From Octopus vulgaris (lineage: Eukaryota), in contig OX597814.1 in NCBI GenBank assembly GCA_951406725.2, forward strand, positions 107,384,001 to 107,448,000: DNA of 64,000 nt, in the 5' to 3' direction. Shown in pieces: positions 1 to 14,540 of this stretch (its first letter is position 1; every line of letters begins with the position of its first letter). The notes below the pieces were generated by a model. That model was not told the origin of the DNA. It did not search any database and was given only the letters and a program-made list of their open reading frames with translations. A program made the position numbers and the translations under genes.

Positions 1-3000
1 GTTGCGACCCAAAGACTAAAATTGTGTTACACAGTGTAATCAATAATTTCCGGAACTGCAAAGAGTCTACGCCTTGCTCGTTTACCTGGCGAAGTACTGG
101 ATGCTGGATTCATCATATACTCATTTCATCATAAAAGTCCTTTTTTTTTTTTCAATTAGAAACTAAAGTAAACAACAGCTTTGATGGGGGGACATCATCA
201 TTAACAATGAATCATAAACACACATCGGCTACAAAGCTCCAGCATGGTCGGTTGTCTATTTTTCTCATTTGCTTATCTTCTTTTTCTACATATGTTGTTT
301 GTTACTGCGTTTATGGGAATCTGGTAGGGCCTGTGTTTATGCTATTCCCACGACAGCGGGAACACGGTGTGATAGGGTTGATGACCATGTAATTGTCAAT
401 CTGTTGAGTTTTGTTGGTGTGGTCCCTCTTTCTTACACTCATTCTCCACATCTTCATCATCATTTAACGTCTGCTTTCCTTGCTGGCATGGTTTGGACAG
501 TTTGACTGAAAACTTGTAAGCGGTGGCGTGGGATGCACCAGCCTGCAATCTCATCTGGCAATGTTTCTACAGCTGGATGCCCTTCCTAGCACCAACCATT
601 CCGAGAGTGTAGTGGGTGTCTTTTTATGTGCCACCGGCACGGGTGCCATTGACCCGACACCAGCTTCGGCCCTAACTACAATCTCACTTGGCATGACAGG
701 TCAACACAAGTACCGTATATCACCAAGGGTCTTGGTCACCTGTCACTGCCTCCATGAGGCCCAATGCTCAAACGGTACCTTTTACGTGCCACTGGCATTG
801 TTGCCACAACTACCATTTCACTCAGTTCCAAAAGTCTTCACAAGCAACAGGTCTCCTACAATCTCATATAATAACATTTCTATGTGTTTTTCTATCAGTA
901 ACAGTTAAAGCAAGAACACCATTAACATTCAGTGCTTCGGCCTCACTAACAATGTCCTTGTTCAGACATGCAGCTTTGCAATCCATATCACGCCACACCT
1001 CCAAGTTTCTCATCAAAGAACATGGGTGACCTCTTACTTTCTGCATCTCTCTTTGCTAAATATATTTCTTGCCCAGCCTTTCTTCTAGTTACAGTCATTG
1101 TTTCTTGTTCCCTTCCAGGCCTGTCTCTTAGCTTTTATGGTTGTCGTCTGTACCATTCCACCACCGTATTACATGGATGACTGGAACCTTGTTCCATCCA
1201 CCGATATTTAATATCAGGGATGACTGTGTGGTAAGAAGTTTGCTTCCCAACCACATGGTTCTGGGTTCCGTCCCACTATGTTACACTTTGGGCAAGTGTC
1301 TTCTACTACAGCCGCAGGCTGACCAGTCTTATGAGTGGATTTGGAAGACAAAAGCTGAAAGAAGCCCGTTGTATATGCATGTGTGTGTGTGTGTATTTGT
1401 GTCTGTTTGTCCCCCTCCAACCGGTGTTGGTGTATTTACATCCTCGTAACTTGGCAGTTCTGCAAAAGAAACCAACAGAATAAGTACCAGGTTAAAAAAA
1501 AGAAAAGAAAAGAAAAGAAGTCCTGGAGTTCATTCATTCAACTAAACTTCTTCAAGACCCCAGCATGGCCACAGGCTAATGACTGAAACAAGTAAAAGAT
1601 CCATGGGTTATACAGTTCTACATTTAAGAGATGAGGAATAATGTACATTATTTACATTCCCAGCACTTTATGAGTTAAACGTATGTCTAACCATTACATC
1701 TTCCAGCTTCCAGACCATTCCTCTCCAGATTATCCTGTTTCACTGTGAGTGCATTTAGTTCTTGTCATTAGTCAGTATTAAGGGGTTCACTCTTCCCAAC
1801 AAATCATTTAATATTCACGACCATCTGCTCATCCTATTTCCTGGTTTTGCATGTTTACCTGGCTGGTGGGTAACTTGGTCAATTGACCAGTTTCCTAGAC
1901 TTAGTGGTTGCAAATTGCTACATCGTTTACACAGACACCAACAGCCTTCAACTCTCTTTATTCCGTGCACGCCAGCCATAGTCTCTTTTCTCATCAGAAC
2001 AACTATCGTATTAGCCACATATTTATTTTAAGTCGGTTGTTGTGATAACAAGGTCACTGTCGTTTTATTATCAAGACAACCTGATTAAAACAAGTTTTTT
2101 TACTCACCTGTCAATCATTTAAATTCTTTTGTTACTCTGTTCCTATTGAAATACTTAGTTTTTGTATGAATTAATTTTGAAAACAATTTGTAATTTATTA
2201 AAATGCCTTTGTTGTTATTATTAAGTTGGTATCTAGAACAAATTAGCATGAAATCTTGATAGAATTAAATTAAGATGGAGTTTCTATATAGAATCAAGGG
2301 CAGTTTCAGGCAGGTTGGTATCAAAAGGGTTAATGTGGTGCTTATACAGAGATCACTATTGTTGCCATGTTGTCTGTAAGCGTTGAATTATTTTGTCGTC
2401 GCCTTTGACTACAATTGCTTCAGCCATTTCTCTGCAAAAATATGCCTACTCCTGCACTGTTACCTACCTAGAGTCTGTTCTTTGAAGAATCTGACTGGGG
2501 CTTCCCACCATCTTATTTCATGTATGCAGTACACATCTACCCACCTTCATTTCATCATCATCATTTAATATCCATCGCCCATGCTGGCATGGGTTGAACA
2601 GCATGACCAGAGCTTGCGCGCTGGGGAGCTGCACCAGACTCCAGTCTGATTTGGCATAGTTTTTACAGCTGGATGCCCTTTCTAACGCCAACCACTTTAC
2701 AGAGTGTGCTGGGTGCTTTTACGTGGCACCACACAGGCACTTTTATGTGACATCATATGGGTGCTTTGCCGTGACACCACAAGGGCACTTTTACATGATG
2801 TCACACAGGTGCTTTTGCATGGTACCGTACAGATGCTTTTATGTAGCACCACGCCGTTTCACCAAATTTAACTTTTATTGTGACAGTGTTGATGGTGCCA
2901 ATCATAAAGTTTTCAACCCAACAGAATGAAGAGAACTTTTGGTGGTGCGCTGGTTGTTTTGTATATATTTGCTCTGTATGTTTGTGTATGTGTTAAGAGT

Positions 3001-3378
3001 GTTTATAAGATAAAACTTACATATACACACTGCAGCTGTTTTAAAATACATTTCTCTCTCTCTAAAACATGTGTTGGGTTTCATTTTTCATTTCCATGGG
3101 GAATATTTAAAATGTATATGAAAATGTGTGGCTTTTGATAAACTACATTGTGTATGTGTGTGCTTACTCAATAAATTATACTCTGTTTATTTGATGAGTT
3201 ATGTTGCTTTAAATTAGACAACTGATAAAGGCAGAGAAGACAAAAAACTGCTAAACTTTTCTGTTGTAAATCTTTCTGTAGATTCCATAAATTGAGAGAT
3301 CTTGGTGCAACTGTATCTTCAAAAAGGTTACCATAGTAACATTTTGAAGACTAATTTCAAAATATTCTTTCCTCTTGG

Positions 3379-3413
<35 letters not shown>

Positions 3414-4112
3414 TTGATAGTATTTACTTTAGAACAAATTTCACCCTAAAATTCTCAATAGCTTCCACAATTATTACCATTTAACATCCATTTTCCATGC
3501 TGGTATGGGTTGGATAGTTTCACAGAAACTGGCAAGGCCAGGATCCACACCATGTTTGTTTTGGTATGGTTTCTATGACTGGATGCCCTTCCTAACACCA
3601 ACCACTTTACAGAGTGTGGACTGGGTGCTTTTTATGTGGTATTATTACCAGTGTTTTATATGTGGTGCCAGCATGGGTGCTTTTTACATAGCACCATTAC
3701 CAGTGTTGCATGGCACCAGCATGGGTGCTTTTCAACTGACACCGGTACCAACATCATCATCATCATTTAGCATTCATTGTCCATGCTGGCATGGGTGGGA
3801 CGTTTGACTGGGCTGGCACGCTGGAAGGCTGCACCAGACTCCAATCTGATTTGGCCTGATTTTCTATAGCTGGATGCCCTTCCTAACACCAACTATTCCA
3901 AGGGTGTAATGGGTGCTTTTATGTGCCACTGGCACAACACTGGGGTGTGTTTATGTGCCACGGGCATGGGTACCAACTTGCATGACATCAGTGTCTGCCA
4001 CGACTGCAATTTTGCTCAGCTTGATGGGTCTTCTTCTCAAGCACGACATAATACAAAAGGTCTTGGTCATTGCCTCCGTGAAATTTTTACAATCTGTGAT
4101 AATATAGTTTAA

Positions 4113-4334
4113 CCCTTTTACATCTGTATTTATTTTGAGATGCTCTGTGTTTCTTTCAATTAATTTTAAATATAACATAGAATTTAGTAAAATAACTTTG
4201 TTGTCATTAAGCTAGGGTTAAGAACATAAATTGTGACTGAAGTTTAGTGGAAAATTTTAATTCAGAACTTATGAAAATGAGACATTTGTACTACAGAGCC
4301 AGAGCTGGTTTCAGCCAGGTTGGTAACAGAAAGG
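4113..4334. mobile_element. piggyBac-like MITE (relatives at ~2130-2330, 42600-42770, 48060-48280, 48750-48905)
   Basis: TTAA|CCCTTT...GAAAGG|TTAA with a shared AT-rich body. Confidence 0.65.
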
Positions 4335-6963
4335 TTAAAAGAATATGGTTTTTCACCACCAACAAAATCTTTATTAACATAGTTCAATATCCAATACATT
4401 TTACACTTCACTAAATGTAATTGCGATAACCTGGCAGGATTAAAGTTCAATAATCTATTTATTGGTTAATTCAAATATTTTTTTCCACTTTTGACTAATC
4501 ATTTTTTTGATTGATTTAACTTTTGATTAATTGAAAATATATCATCATCATTTAACATCCGTTGTCCATGCTGGGTTGGACAGTTTGACTGGGCTGGCAC
4601 ACTGGAAGGCTGCCTCAAGCTCCTGTCTGATTTGGCATGGTTTCTATAGCTGGATGCCCTTTCTAATGCCAACCACTCCAAGAGTGCTTTTATGTGCCAT
4701 TTGCATGACACCGGTATGTGCCACAACTGTGATCTTACTTGGCTTGATGGGTCTTCTTCTCGAGCAAGACATAATGCCAAAGGTCTTGGTCATTGCCTTC
4801 ATGAGGCCCAACTATTTCTTTGTCTTTTTTTTCTTCTACTAATTCTTCTCCATTTTCATCTCTTCTATCTTTTACTCGTTTCAATCATTGGATGCGGCCA
4901 TGCTGGGTCATCGCCTTGAAGAATTTTTTAGTCTAACGAATCGACACCAATACTTACTATTTTTTGGTAAACCCTGGTACTTACTCTACCGGACTCTTTA
5001 ACCAAACTACTAAGTTACAGGGACATAAACACACCATCACCTGCTGTCAAGCAGTGGCAAGGTACTGACACAAAGATATGCATACTCATCATCATCATCA
5101 TCGTTTAGTGTCCGCTTTCCATGCTAGCATGGGTTGGACGGTTCGACCGGAGTCTGGGAAGCTAAGAGGCTGCACCAGGCCCAGTCTGATCTGGCAGTGT
5201 TTCTACAGCTGGATGCCCTTCCTAATGCCAACCACTCTGTGAGTGTAGTGGGTGCTTTTTACATGCCACCGGCACAGGTGCCAGGGGAGGCTGGCAACAG
5301 CCATAATCAGTTGGTGCTTTTTACATGCCACTGGCACGGAAGCCAGTCAAGGCAGCACTGGCATCGACCACGTTCGGATGGTGCTTTTTACGTGCCACCG
5401 GCACAGGTATCACAGTGTGTGTATATATATGTCTCACTATAACCTTTCATCATCTGACACATGATTATCACCCCCAGTGCCCCCTCCCCTCTCAAAAGAT
5501 TTTTATTTTATTTTAAAATATTTTTTTTGTCTTGCAAGTTACTTGGTGACCCTGTCAGTGCATGTGCTGCTTAAAAAGCATCCCATCCACACTGTAAAGT
5601 GGTTGGCATTTGGAAAGACGTCCAGTTATAAAAACCTTGCCAAAACTGACCTTGCTTGTGCTTGTATCACATAAAAAGCACTCAGTCCACTCTGTTGAGT
5701 GGCTGGTGTTAGGAAGGGCATCCAGCTGTAAAAATCCTGCCAAAACGGACACAGAAGTCTGGTGCAGGCTTCTGCTTGGCCAGCTCCTGTCAAACTGTCC
5801 CACCCATGCCAGCATGGAAGGTGGACATTAAGCAATGATTATATATATATATATATATACACACATATATGACAGGCTTCTTCTCAGTTTCCATTTACCC
5901 TGGAGGCTATAGTAGAAGACACTTTCCTAAGGTGGCATGTCATAGGACTGAACCCAGAACCTTGTGGTTGGGAAGCAAACTTGTTATCCAAATCGTGGTT
6001 ACCAATTTATTTTCAATCAATAAATTATCCATTTTATCCAGGATATTCTCACTTTTCTTTTTTTTTCATCTTGACCTCCTTTTATTGATAGGAATAATTC
6101 CAGGTGTGGTTAAGCGGCTCACTTTGCAACCACATGGTTCCAGGTTCAATCTCAGTACGTGGCACTTTGGGCAAGTGTCTTCTACTATAGCCTTTGTCCA
6201 ATCAATGCATTCTGAGTGGATTTCATAGCTGGAACCTTTGTAGAAACCCATTGTGTGTGTGTGTGTGTTCTTGCACTCACTTGACAACCATTGTTGGTTT
6301 GTTTACATCCTCATAACTTAGTGGTCCAGCAAAGCAACTGATAGAATAAATACCAAACTTTACAAAAATGTACTGGGGTTGATTTGTTTGACTAAACTCT
6401 TCGAGGTAGTGCCCCAGCATGGCCGTGGTCCAACAATTGAAACAAGTATAAAAGAAATAAAGATTTTTAAAATTATCACTAAATAAAAAAAAAAACTGTT
6501 TTTCCCATGGTTAATTCTTGAGCAGAATCTAAAAATGTTCTAATCCCTCACCATTCTACATCACATATACAATCAGAATATAGTCTTTCGTATTTTTATC
6601 CTTGTTCTGCAAATTCCAAGTAGGGCCACACAATGTAAAACTCAGATGCCAGTGCCACTTGACTGGCACCCATGTGGCAGCACGTTAAAAGCATCGTTTG
6701 AGCATGGCTAGTGCTGGTGTCGCCTGGATGACTCACATGCCGTTGGCACATAAAAACTACCCATTACACTCTGCAGAGTGGTTGGCATTAGGAAGGGATA
6801 TTGATGATGTGATTGTTTATTTTTAGAATGACATTGCAGGATAGGTGTGAGAGGCTGGATATGGCCAGTTTAAATGTTAAAGGGAACTAGAATCAGTCTC
6901 AGACAGGTTGGTACCAAATGGGTTGGTTAAATTGCACAGCTAGCAAGTTGGCACTTTTTTGAT

Positions 6964-7154
6964 CAGTGGTTCTCAACTGCTGCTCCCAGGACCTCGTCTG
7001 ATCCCCAAATCATCCTTCTGGTCACCCTCAACACTCTTCCCTCTATAAATATAATAAATCTTTTTTTGACTTGCCTTTTACATTTTTTCATACTAGCCTC
7101 CTAAAAACATTTAGGTTTTGGCTCTGGCCTGATATTAAAAAAGTTGAAACCTCT
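6964..7154. mobile_element. hAT-type MITE (relatives at ~49685-50044 and ~61317-61499)
   Basis: CAGTGGTTCTCAAC...GTTGAAACCTCTG termini. Confidence 0.6.
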
Positions 7155-7846
7155 GTTCTAGGTTATTGTGTTCTCAAGTAGGGAGCTAAATCTTAAGTGA
7201 CCCAATATATTGTTGCTCCTATTTGACTGTGAAATTTACTAATAGTCTGAAGATAGTTTATTTGTATCTTCCCATACCCCCACCCCGCACCATACACAAA
7301 TTAAACACTGATAAGACTCTTTTTATACAATCTCTTAAGTGTCATTTTTTAGATTATTTTTGTCAGTGAATACTTATGATTTTCCCCATTTTCCATTTAA
7401 TTATAATCAGAATTTGTGAATTTTAATTTTTTTTCTTCTAAATTTAATTAGCTGGGTTTTTTTTATGTTTGTTTCCTGCAAGAATCTTTCCTGCTTGCAT
7501 AAATTAGATCGGGGCTCATTTGGGGCAGCATTTTATGACTGGATGCTGTTTGCGTCACCAACCCTTACTTGATTTTCAATTAAGGATTTCTTTTTTATTA
7601 TTCCACAGTTTTGGGGAAAAATTTGCTTTATTTTATTTTAACACGATAAATATATTTTCTTTTGAAAATTAATATTCATTTCATGGTTTTTTTATAAGCA
7701 ACAAGAAATTTGACAAAACTAAAATGACGACATTTGTACGTCTGCCATATTTCCTGATATTCTTCAGAAAAGCAAAAGTATATCTCCAAATTGCTTGTTT
7801 ATTACAGGCAATATTCTTGTTTAATTATAATGTGTGTGCATGTTTT

Positions 7847-8214
7847 GGTATTGTGTGGTAGTTGTACCTTGTCTTGGTATTGTGTGGTAGTTGTACCTTG
7901 TCTTGGTATTGTGTGGTAGTTGTACCTTGTCTTGGTATTATGTGGTAGTTGTACCTTGTCTTGGTATTGTGTGGTAGTTGTACCTTGTCTTGGTATTATG
8001 TGGTAGTTGTACCTTGTCTCGGTATTATGTGGTAGTTGTACCTTGTCTCGGCATTATGTGGTATTTGTACCTTGTCTGGGTATTATGTGGTAGTTGTACC
8101 TTGTCTCGGTATTATGTGGTAGTTGTATCTTGTCTGGGTATTACATGGTAGTTGTACCTTGTCAGGGTATTATGTGGTAGTTGTACCTTGTCTGCGTATT
8201 ATGTGGTAGTTGTA
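7847..8214 (+). repeat. 29-bp minisatellite, ~12.7 copies
   Basis: Unit GGTATTRTGTGGTAGTTGTACCTTGTCTN, head-to-tail with no spacers. Confidence 0.95.
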
Positions 8215-8552
8215 AATAAGTGTCATAGTCATACAAGCAGTGTCATTCATTACTAGTCCTCTGTGAAGGTATGTCTGACCATGGGGAAATATCACCTTAA
8301 TATAAAAACAATTGAGGGACGTGGCTAGCTACAGGAAGGGCATAGAAAAGTGGATGTTAAATGATGGTAATGCTGATTAGATGTAATATTTTCAAGTACC
8401 CAATTATCAACATTTTTATTCATCTGAGAATGGAAAACCAAACAGATTTGGGGGAAATATTCTTTGTTCAACCTCAAAACGGTAGCTTAAAAAGAAAATG
8501 GATAAAGCTTCTTCCCGAATCACAGGACCAGATTCCTGGATTTTCTGGTGTA

Positions 8553-9300
8553 TACGATGGGATACCCAAAAGAAACTGGAATTTTGAAATATTGTCTTAT
8601 TCACTTAGTTTTACATATTCACACTTTCATCACCTTTAAAGTATTCTCCATTTGAAGCAATGCATCAGTCCAGACGCGTATTCCAAAGTTGGAAGTAATG
8701 CTGTAACTCTTGCAAAGTGATGCCTTCTAATGCTTCAATCATTTTTTCTTCACTTCTTCCACATCTGCAAATTCCATAGCACCATCTTTCATCACCAGTG
8801 ATGACCTTTGAAAAAGGTTTGGATCAACTTGCAACTCTTCTGACAGTCCACAACACGCTTTCAGTCATGACTGCTTTTGATCTTCCATGAGCAACCAAGG
8901 CACAAATTTTGCTACAACTTCTTTCATTTGCAATTCTTCACTCTAAATTTGTTGTCAGAAGCTCCAGGACTGTTTGGTGATGGTCCTCCCAAGATCAGTT
9001 CATGAATTTTCATGATGTTTCCATTCGTTTGGGAGGTTGACAGTCATCCTGAACGAGGTTGGTCTTCAAGTGAAACCACTCGTAAACTTGTGTTTTGCTC
9101 ATGGCAGCATCCTTGTAAGCTGTCTGAAGCATGACAACTGTTTCGGCTGCCGTTTTCCCTAACAGAAAACAAAATCTCACAGAAGCATGCTGTTCCTTCA
9201 TTTCAGCCAACAAGTCGGCAAACAGGGGAGAAACACTGCAAAACAGAGACACACCATATGGCAGTATGACTCCACACAACAACGCTGTTGACTCTCTTGA
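8553..9300 (-). mobile_element. Degenerate mariner transposon
   Basis: ORF 9010-9282 gives EQHASVRFCFLLGKTAAETVVMLQTAYKDAAMSKTQVYEWF (mariner HTH). Decayed catalytic and C-terminal sequence follows; TA-flanked TIR-like end at 8553. Confidence 0.85.
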
Positions 9301-9414
9301 ATTCCTCCAACCTTTGATGTTTTTTTTTTAATATTATTTACATTTGACGGATATTTGTCCTCATCTTGCTTGTTAATATGTTTCAGCTGATATACCCTCT
9401 ATCATTCATCAGGT

Positions 9415-9678
9415 CATATGGCATAGTGGTTAAGAGCACGGGCTACTAACCCCAAGATTCTGAGTTTAATTCCAAGCAGTGACCTGAATAATAATAATAA
9501 TAATTACATCGAAAAATACCTTAGGAATGAGAACCTAGGTTTGATATTTCCCCAAGACACCTGATGAAGGCTGGAGGGTATATCAGCCAAAACGTTGTGT
9601 TACCAACAAACAAGATGAGGACAAATATCAGTCAAATGTAAATAATGTACATAATTCCTCATCTCTTAAATATAGAAT
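9415..9678 (+). mobile_element. tRNA-headed hammerhead-bearing SINE-like element (family A), full length, with inverted partial copy at 9333-9414
   Basis: A box TGGCATAGTGG, degenerate B box, (TAA)n linker, hammerhead region GACAC-CTGATGA-AGGCTG..CAGCC-aAAA-CGTT-GTGTT (G12 mutated), 3' end CCTCATCTCTTAAATATAGAA. Confidence 0.8.
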
Positions 9679-9901
9679 AGTTTTTTTTTTTATTTTTACT
9701 TTTTCTCCCACTGGCTGTCCAATATGTCACCCTCTTCACCAAGCAAGCTTGGTAAGGTTACCAGTTTAGCCTCCAATGACCCAACCATATTAGAGCAATC
9801 TGGCAGTAGTCCAACTACACAGCACATTGTCTACCACCATAGCCTTGGACCAACCAAAGAGTTGTGAGTGAATGTAGTAGATGGAAACTGGAAAGAAGCC
9901 C

Positions 9902-9943
<42 letters not shown>

Positions 9944-10169
9944 AACTTGTCTTGACATTATATTCTAATTGTATAGAAACTTCACTATCGTCCAGGTAGT
10001 AATGCCTGTTTGAAATCTAGAAAACATGTCTAGACTCAAGGGAAATATTAACTTGCTTGGTAATGGGTGAGTGTTGGCAACTTGGAAAGGCACCTGACCA
10101 TAGAAAATCTGCTTCAGTCAATGCTGTCTGACCCATGTTTGGCATGGAAAAGTAGATGTTAAAGCAATA

Positions 10170-10632
10170 ACCATACATCTTCCAACAAAATTCTGCACCA
10201 TCTCTTGACGCTTGGAGAGCCCAAGCATAGATGCATTCCAATCTTCAGGATCATGTTCTCTCAGACACATAGTGTCCTAGCTCACCAGACTTCAATGCGC
10301 TGGACTGTTAGGTATGGGGCATAGTCAAGCGAGAGGTCAATTAACCCCCGCCCCATAACACCGTACAGTCTCTCAAGTCCACCATAACCAGCACTATGTC
10401 CAAAATTGATAAAGATCATCTGATCCGAGCATATCAGCGTTTCCACCCCTATGTTGAGCAGCCATTGGTGCAAACAATGGATTCATTGAATAAGTCTGAT
10501 AAAAGGTTTCTCAAGATTATTTGTACCAATTTGTTTCCAAATACAGTTTTCCTTTGATGAGCTATGTGTTTTTGTTTTGTTTTTTTTTCTAAATTCATAC
10601 AAATGACTACAAAAAAACTGAATCGCCTTGTA
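10170..10632 (+). mobile_element. Decayed maT/Tc1-like transposase 3' remnant
   Basis: Broken frame gives IFQQNSAP...PSSPDFNALDC*VWGIVKREVN..PHNT, similar to the 17 kb element. Confidence 0.65.
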
Positions 10633-13589
10633 TTTATGTGTAATGGTTTAATTCTATCTTGCTTTTGTCATTGAAGATATAAGACTCCATTCCTAAAAAA
10701 AACACAGTATTAAGTGTCATGAATGATGTGATGGTTGTATATTGTCATTGTTAGTTATAATGTTACTATGGTTTCTGATAGTATTATTTTCTATCTGTCT
10801 ACCCTCTTTCTCCTGCTATGAACAAATGTAAAACGTTCAAGGTCTTTCTGATTTAGTATGAAAAGTATTTGGGTTGGAAAATGTTTTTTTTCTTCAAATT
10901 TTGTTCACTAAATCTAAATTAAGCTGGTTCATTGTCATATATCAATTGTTTTTTCTCGTTGTTGTTGTGTGAATAGGCTGTTACCAATTATTGTCAATGG
11001 AAACCAACACTCAGTGGTTGGTCTGGCTGTTCCTGATCAAATCTGCTCCCAAGTCACAATTCTACCAAGCCACTACACTAATAATAATGGTTTCAAATTT
11101 TGGCACAAAGCTAGCAAGTTCGGGGAAGGGTTAAATCCAGTACGTTGACCCCAGTGTTCAACTGGTACATATTTAGTCGACCTCGGAAGAATTTGAAGAA
11201 ACACGTAAAAGATAAAAGAAAGATAATGATGACTGACTCTCTCTCCCTCACTTGTTACTTGTCTTCTTACTTGGTAACATGATTGGGAATTTGTTGGGTG
11301 TAACTAATATAATGTGTTGTAAAGAGATCAGGTTGCCCTTTCCTAAACGAGGGCAGGGGCGTGGTGTTTAATGCAGACTTAAACTTGAATAATTGGAATT
11401 TGGGGTGTGGATGTTAACAAACTTCTTTGTCTGGATGCAGTCATGAGTGTGGGGAGAAAGAAGTTCACCTCACAGCCATGGGGTTCAGGGTTTGGTCCAA
11501 CTGTATGGCGCCTTGGGTAGGTGTCTGCTATTGACTGTAGCTTTGGTCCAACCAATGCTTTCTCAATTGAAATGGTGGATGGAAACTAAAGAGAAGTCTA
11601 TCGTGTGTGTGTGTGTGTGTAGACATTGGTGAGAAAGGATTTTCAGATGTTGGGCCTCGCATAGGGGATGACAATGGACCAAGACTCCTGGTGGTTTGCT
11701 GTGCTTAAAAAAACACCAAGATAAATAAAAGCAAAGCTCTCCTTGCATACAGGCTTGTCCCCAGCATCCCCCTTCAGCTGAGCATTTCTAATCTTGTGGG
11801 CTCATAGGTGCTGGTGCCACACATAAAGCACCCATATCGGTGCCCATGCCAGTGCTGCATAAAAGCATCCAGCCATAGAAACCATTCCAGAACTTACAGG
11901 GACTCTGAGCAGCTCTCCAGCCGACCAGTTCCTGTCAAACTGTTCAGTCCATGCCAGCATTGAAAACAAACATTGAATGATGGTGTGTGTGTGTGTGTGT
12001 ATGTGTGTGTATATATATATCATCATCATCATCATCGTTTAGCATCCGCTTTCCATGCTAGCATGGGTTGGACGGTTCAACTGGGGTCTGGGAAGCCAGA
12101 AGGCTACACCAGGCCCAGTCTGATCTGGCAATGTTTCTACGGCTGGATGCCCTTCCTAACGCCAACCACTCTGTGAGTGTAGTGGGTGCTTTTTACATGC
12201 CACTGGCACAGCATGCATATATATAGCAGTATGTAGGTAATAAGATGGAATATATGCATAAGGAGGTGGGCTGGCAGAAAAACGTTAGCACACCAGGCAA
12301 AATGCTTAGTGGTATTTTGTCTGTCTTTACATTCTGAGTTTGCTTTTTATCCTTTCAGAGTCAATAAATTAAGTACCAGTTGTGTACTGGGGTAGATCTA
12401 GTTGACTGGCCACCTCCCCAAAAATTTTGGGCCTTGTGCCTAGAGTAGAAAAGATAGAATATATGCATCATTATATGAAGAAATTTCAAATGTCATTCAC
12501 TTCTGAGATGACAGAATGGTTTTACCAAACTTGAAATATCATCATTTAGCTTCCCTTTTCTATGCTGGCATGGGTTGGACAAAAACATTCTATAATAATA
12601 ACGATCCCCATATATTCTTTTTTTGTGTGTGTGTTATTGTTAAATGTCTTTTATATAATTTAATGATTCCAGACAGCCATATTTCAGTGTTTACCATTCT
12701 ATGGTACCATTCTAGTCATTGACTGAATCAGCTTCACCAAGGTTCATGTTGTTGCTTTCTTTTCTTTTTTTCTTTTGTCTTTTGGTATGTTTTGTTCTCT
12801 TCCAGCACCGATGACTTCTTCTTTGTTCTGCCTCTCAGATTCTTTCTCTCTGCTTTCTGCATCATACAAATAAACACACTTCTATACAGTTCACATGTTC
12901 AACACAAAAAAAAAAAAGCAATGTCATTGTAGTCTTTTTTTTTGTCTTATCTTTTCTATTGCATGTCTGTTTTTATGTATTTTTTCCTCTTTTTTTTTTT
13001 TAAAATTGTTCCTAGAATCTCAGACTGAATAAAGCATATGTGTGGCTCTATGGTTAAGAAGTTTGCTTTCCAACCACATGGTTTTTGGTTCGGTCCCACT
13101 GCATGCTGCCTTGGGCTAGTGTTTTCTACTATACCAAAGCCTTGTCAGTGGATTTGGTTGATAGAAACCAAAAGAAGCCCATCACGTATGTGCATATCAT
13201 ACTTAATGTATAGGCACTGTCAATTGGCCAGTTACTACAGTATTTAGAGACATCTTTTATGGTTGTGCTGTATTCGAAGCATTATTATAAATAGATGAAA
13301 ATGCTTCTGGTGTTCTTATTGGACACTGCTGGGGTGAATTATTCTGTTTTTAACACAGCAAGTCGATAACACATGTTATCCAGGGGTAAATACTGCAGTA
13401 ACTGGCCTGTCCAACAGTTTGTATACATTGAGTATGATACATAGATGGCTATTGTAATTAAATACTCAGCCAATTGCATATACTGAATTTTTATTCAGCT
13501 GGGCAGCTGTGAATGTTTTATTCACTTTTTCCTATATCAGAGACAATGAGATCTCATCTGAACACGTGCCTGACTACAATTACATATCA

Positions 13590-14540
13590 TTGAAAAGGCC
13601 CCAGGGCTCAGTTCTCATCCCACTCTTATTCATTTTAGTCCTCTAGGCCATAACAGGAATTCAAAACTGGGTGTCCATGGGAACTGTTATTTTGTTGATG
13701 ACCTTGCTCTTATTGCAGAATCTTTAGCAGAACTGGAGAAGAAATTCCAGGTATGGAAACAAAACCTGGAATCAAAGGGCCTTAAAGTTAACCTAGCAAA
13801 GATCAGAGTTGTTGTTAGTAAGAAAGAAGATAAAACTCTCTTTACGTTAAGTATATGCTCTTGATCAATAGATGGCCCTGATCAATAGATTTTTTTGTAT
13901 GTGGCAGATGTGCAGGAACAATAAGCACTATGAGCACACAGGACTTAGATTCTCTCAAAAGCCCAAGAGGCTCTCTTGAGGTTGTAGATAATTTCTGTTA
14001 CCTAGGTGACTAAATTAGCAATGGTGGAGGATGTTCTGAAAGTATTGTTTCTTGAATAAGAATAGAGTGGAGGAAGTTCAGAGAGCTATTATATCTATTG
14101 GCAACAAAAAGACTCTCTCTCAGAATGTAAGATAGACTATATGATGCTTGTAAGCAAATGACTATACTCCATGGTAGTGTGACATGGGGTCTGAATGCAG
14201 AAGACATGCATAGACTGGAGAGAAATTAAGGTAGTATGCTCTATTGGATGTGCAACATCAGTGCACATGTATGACAAAGTGCATGTATTGAGAGAAAAGT
14301 TGGGCATAAGAAGAATCAAATGTAGCAAGCAAAAGAGAAGAATAAGTTGGTTTGGACATGTGATGTATATGAATGAGGACAGCTGTATAAAGGAGTGGTG
14401 ATCACTGAAAGTGGATGGTACCCGTGGAAGAGGAAGACATGGGATGAAGTGGTAAGGACCGATCTCAGGATGTTGGGCCTCATGGAGGAAATAACAATGG
14501 ACTGAGATGTCTGGCAATATGAGGTTCTTGAGAAGACCTG
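13590..14540 (+). mobile_element. RTE-clade LINE ORF2 3' remnant
   Basis: Broken frames give QGSVLIPLLF..PWELLFVDDLAL..LESKGLKVN..FCYLGD..LHGSVTW..LREKLGIR..RRISWFGHV. Confidence 0.85.

Noticed and set aside
7847-8214. CRISPR-like array of 29-bp repeats
   Set aside because: Units are head-to-tail with no unique spacers, there are no cas genes, and the context is a eukaryotic SINE.
9415-9487. Functional tRNA gene
   Set aside because: A/B boxes are present but the acceptor stem does not pair and the head is fused to a repeat body; it is a SINE head.
12780-12880. Possible upstream SLC35A2 exon after a polypyrimidine-AG
   Set aside because: The ATG frame stops after 21 codons and no convincing donor follows.
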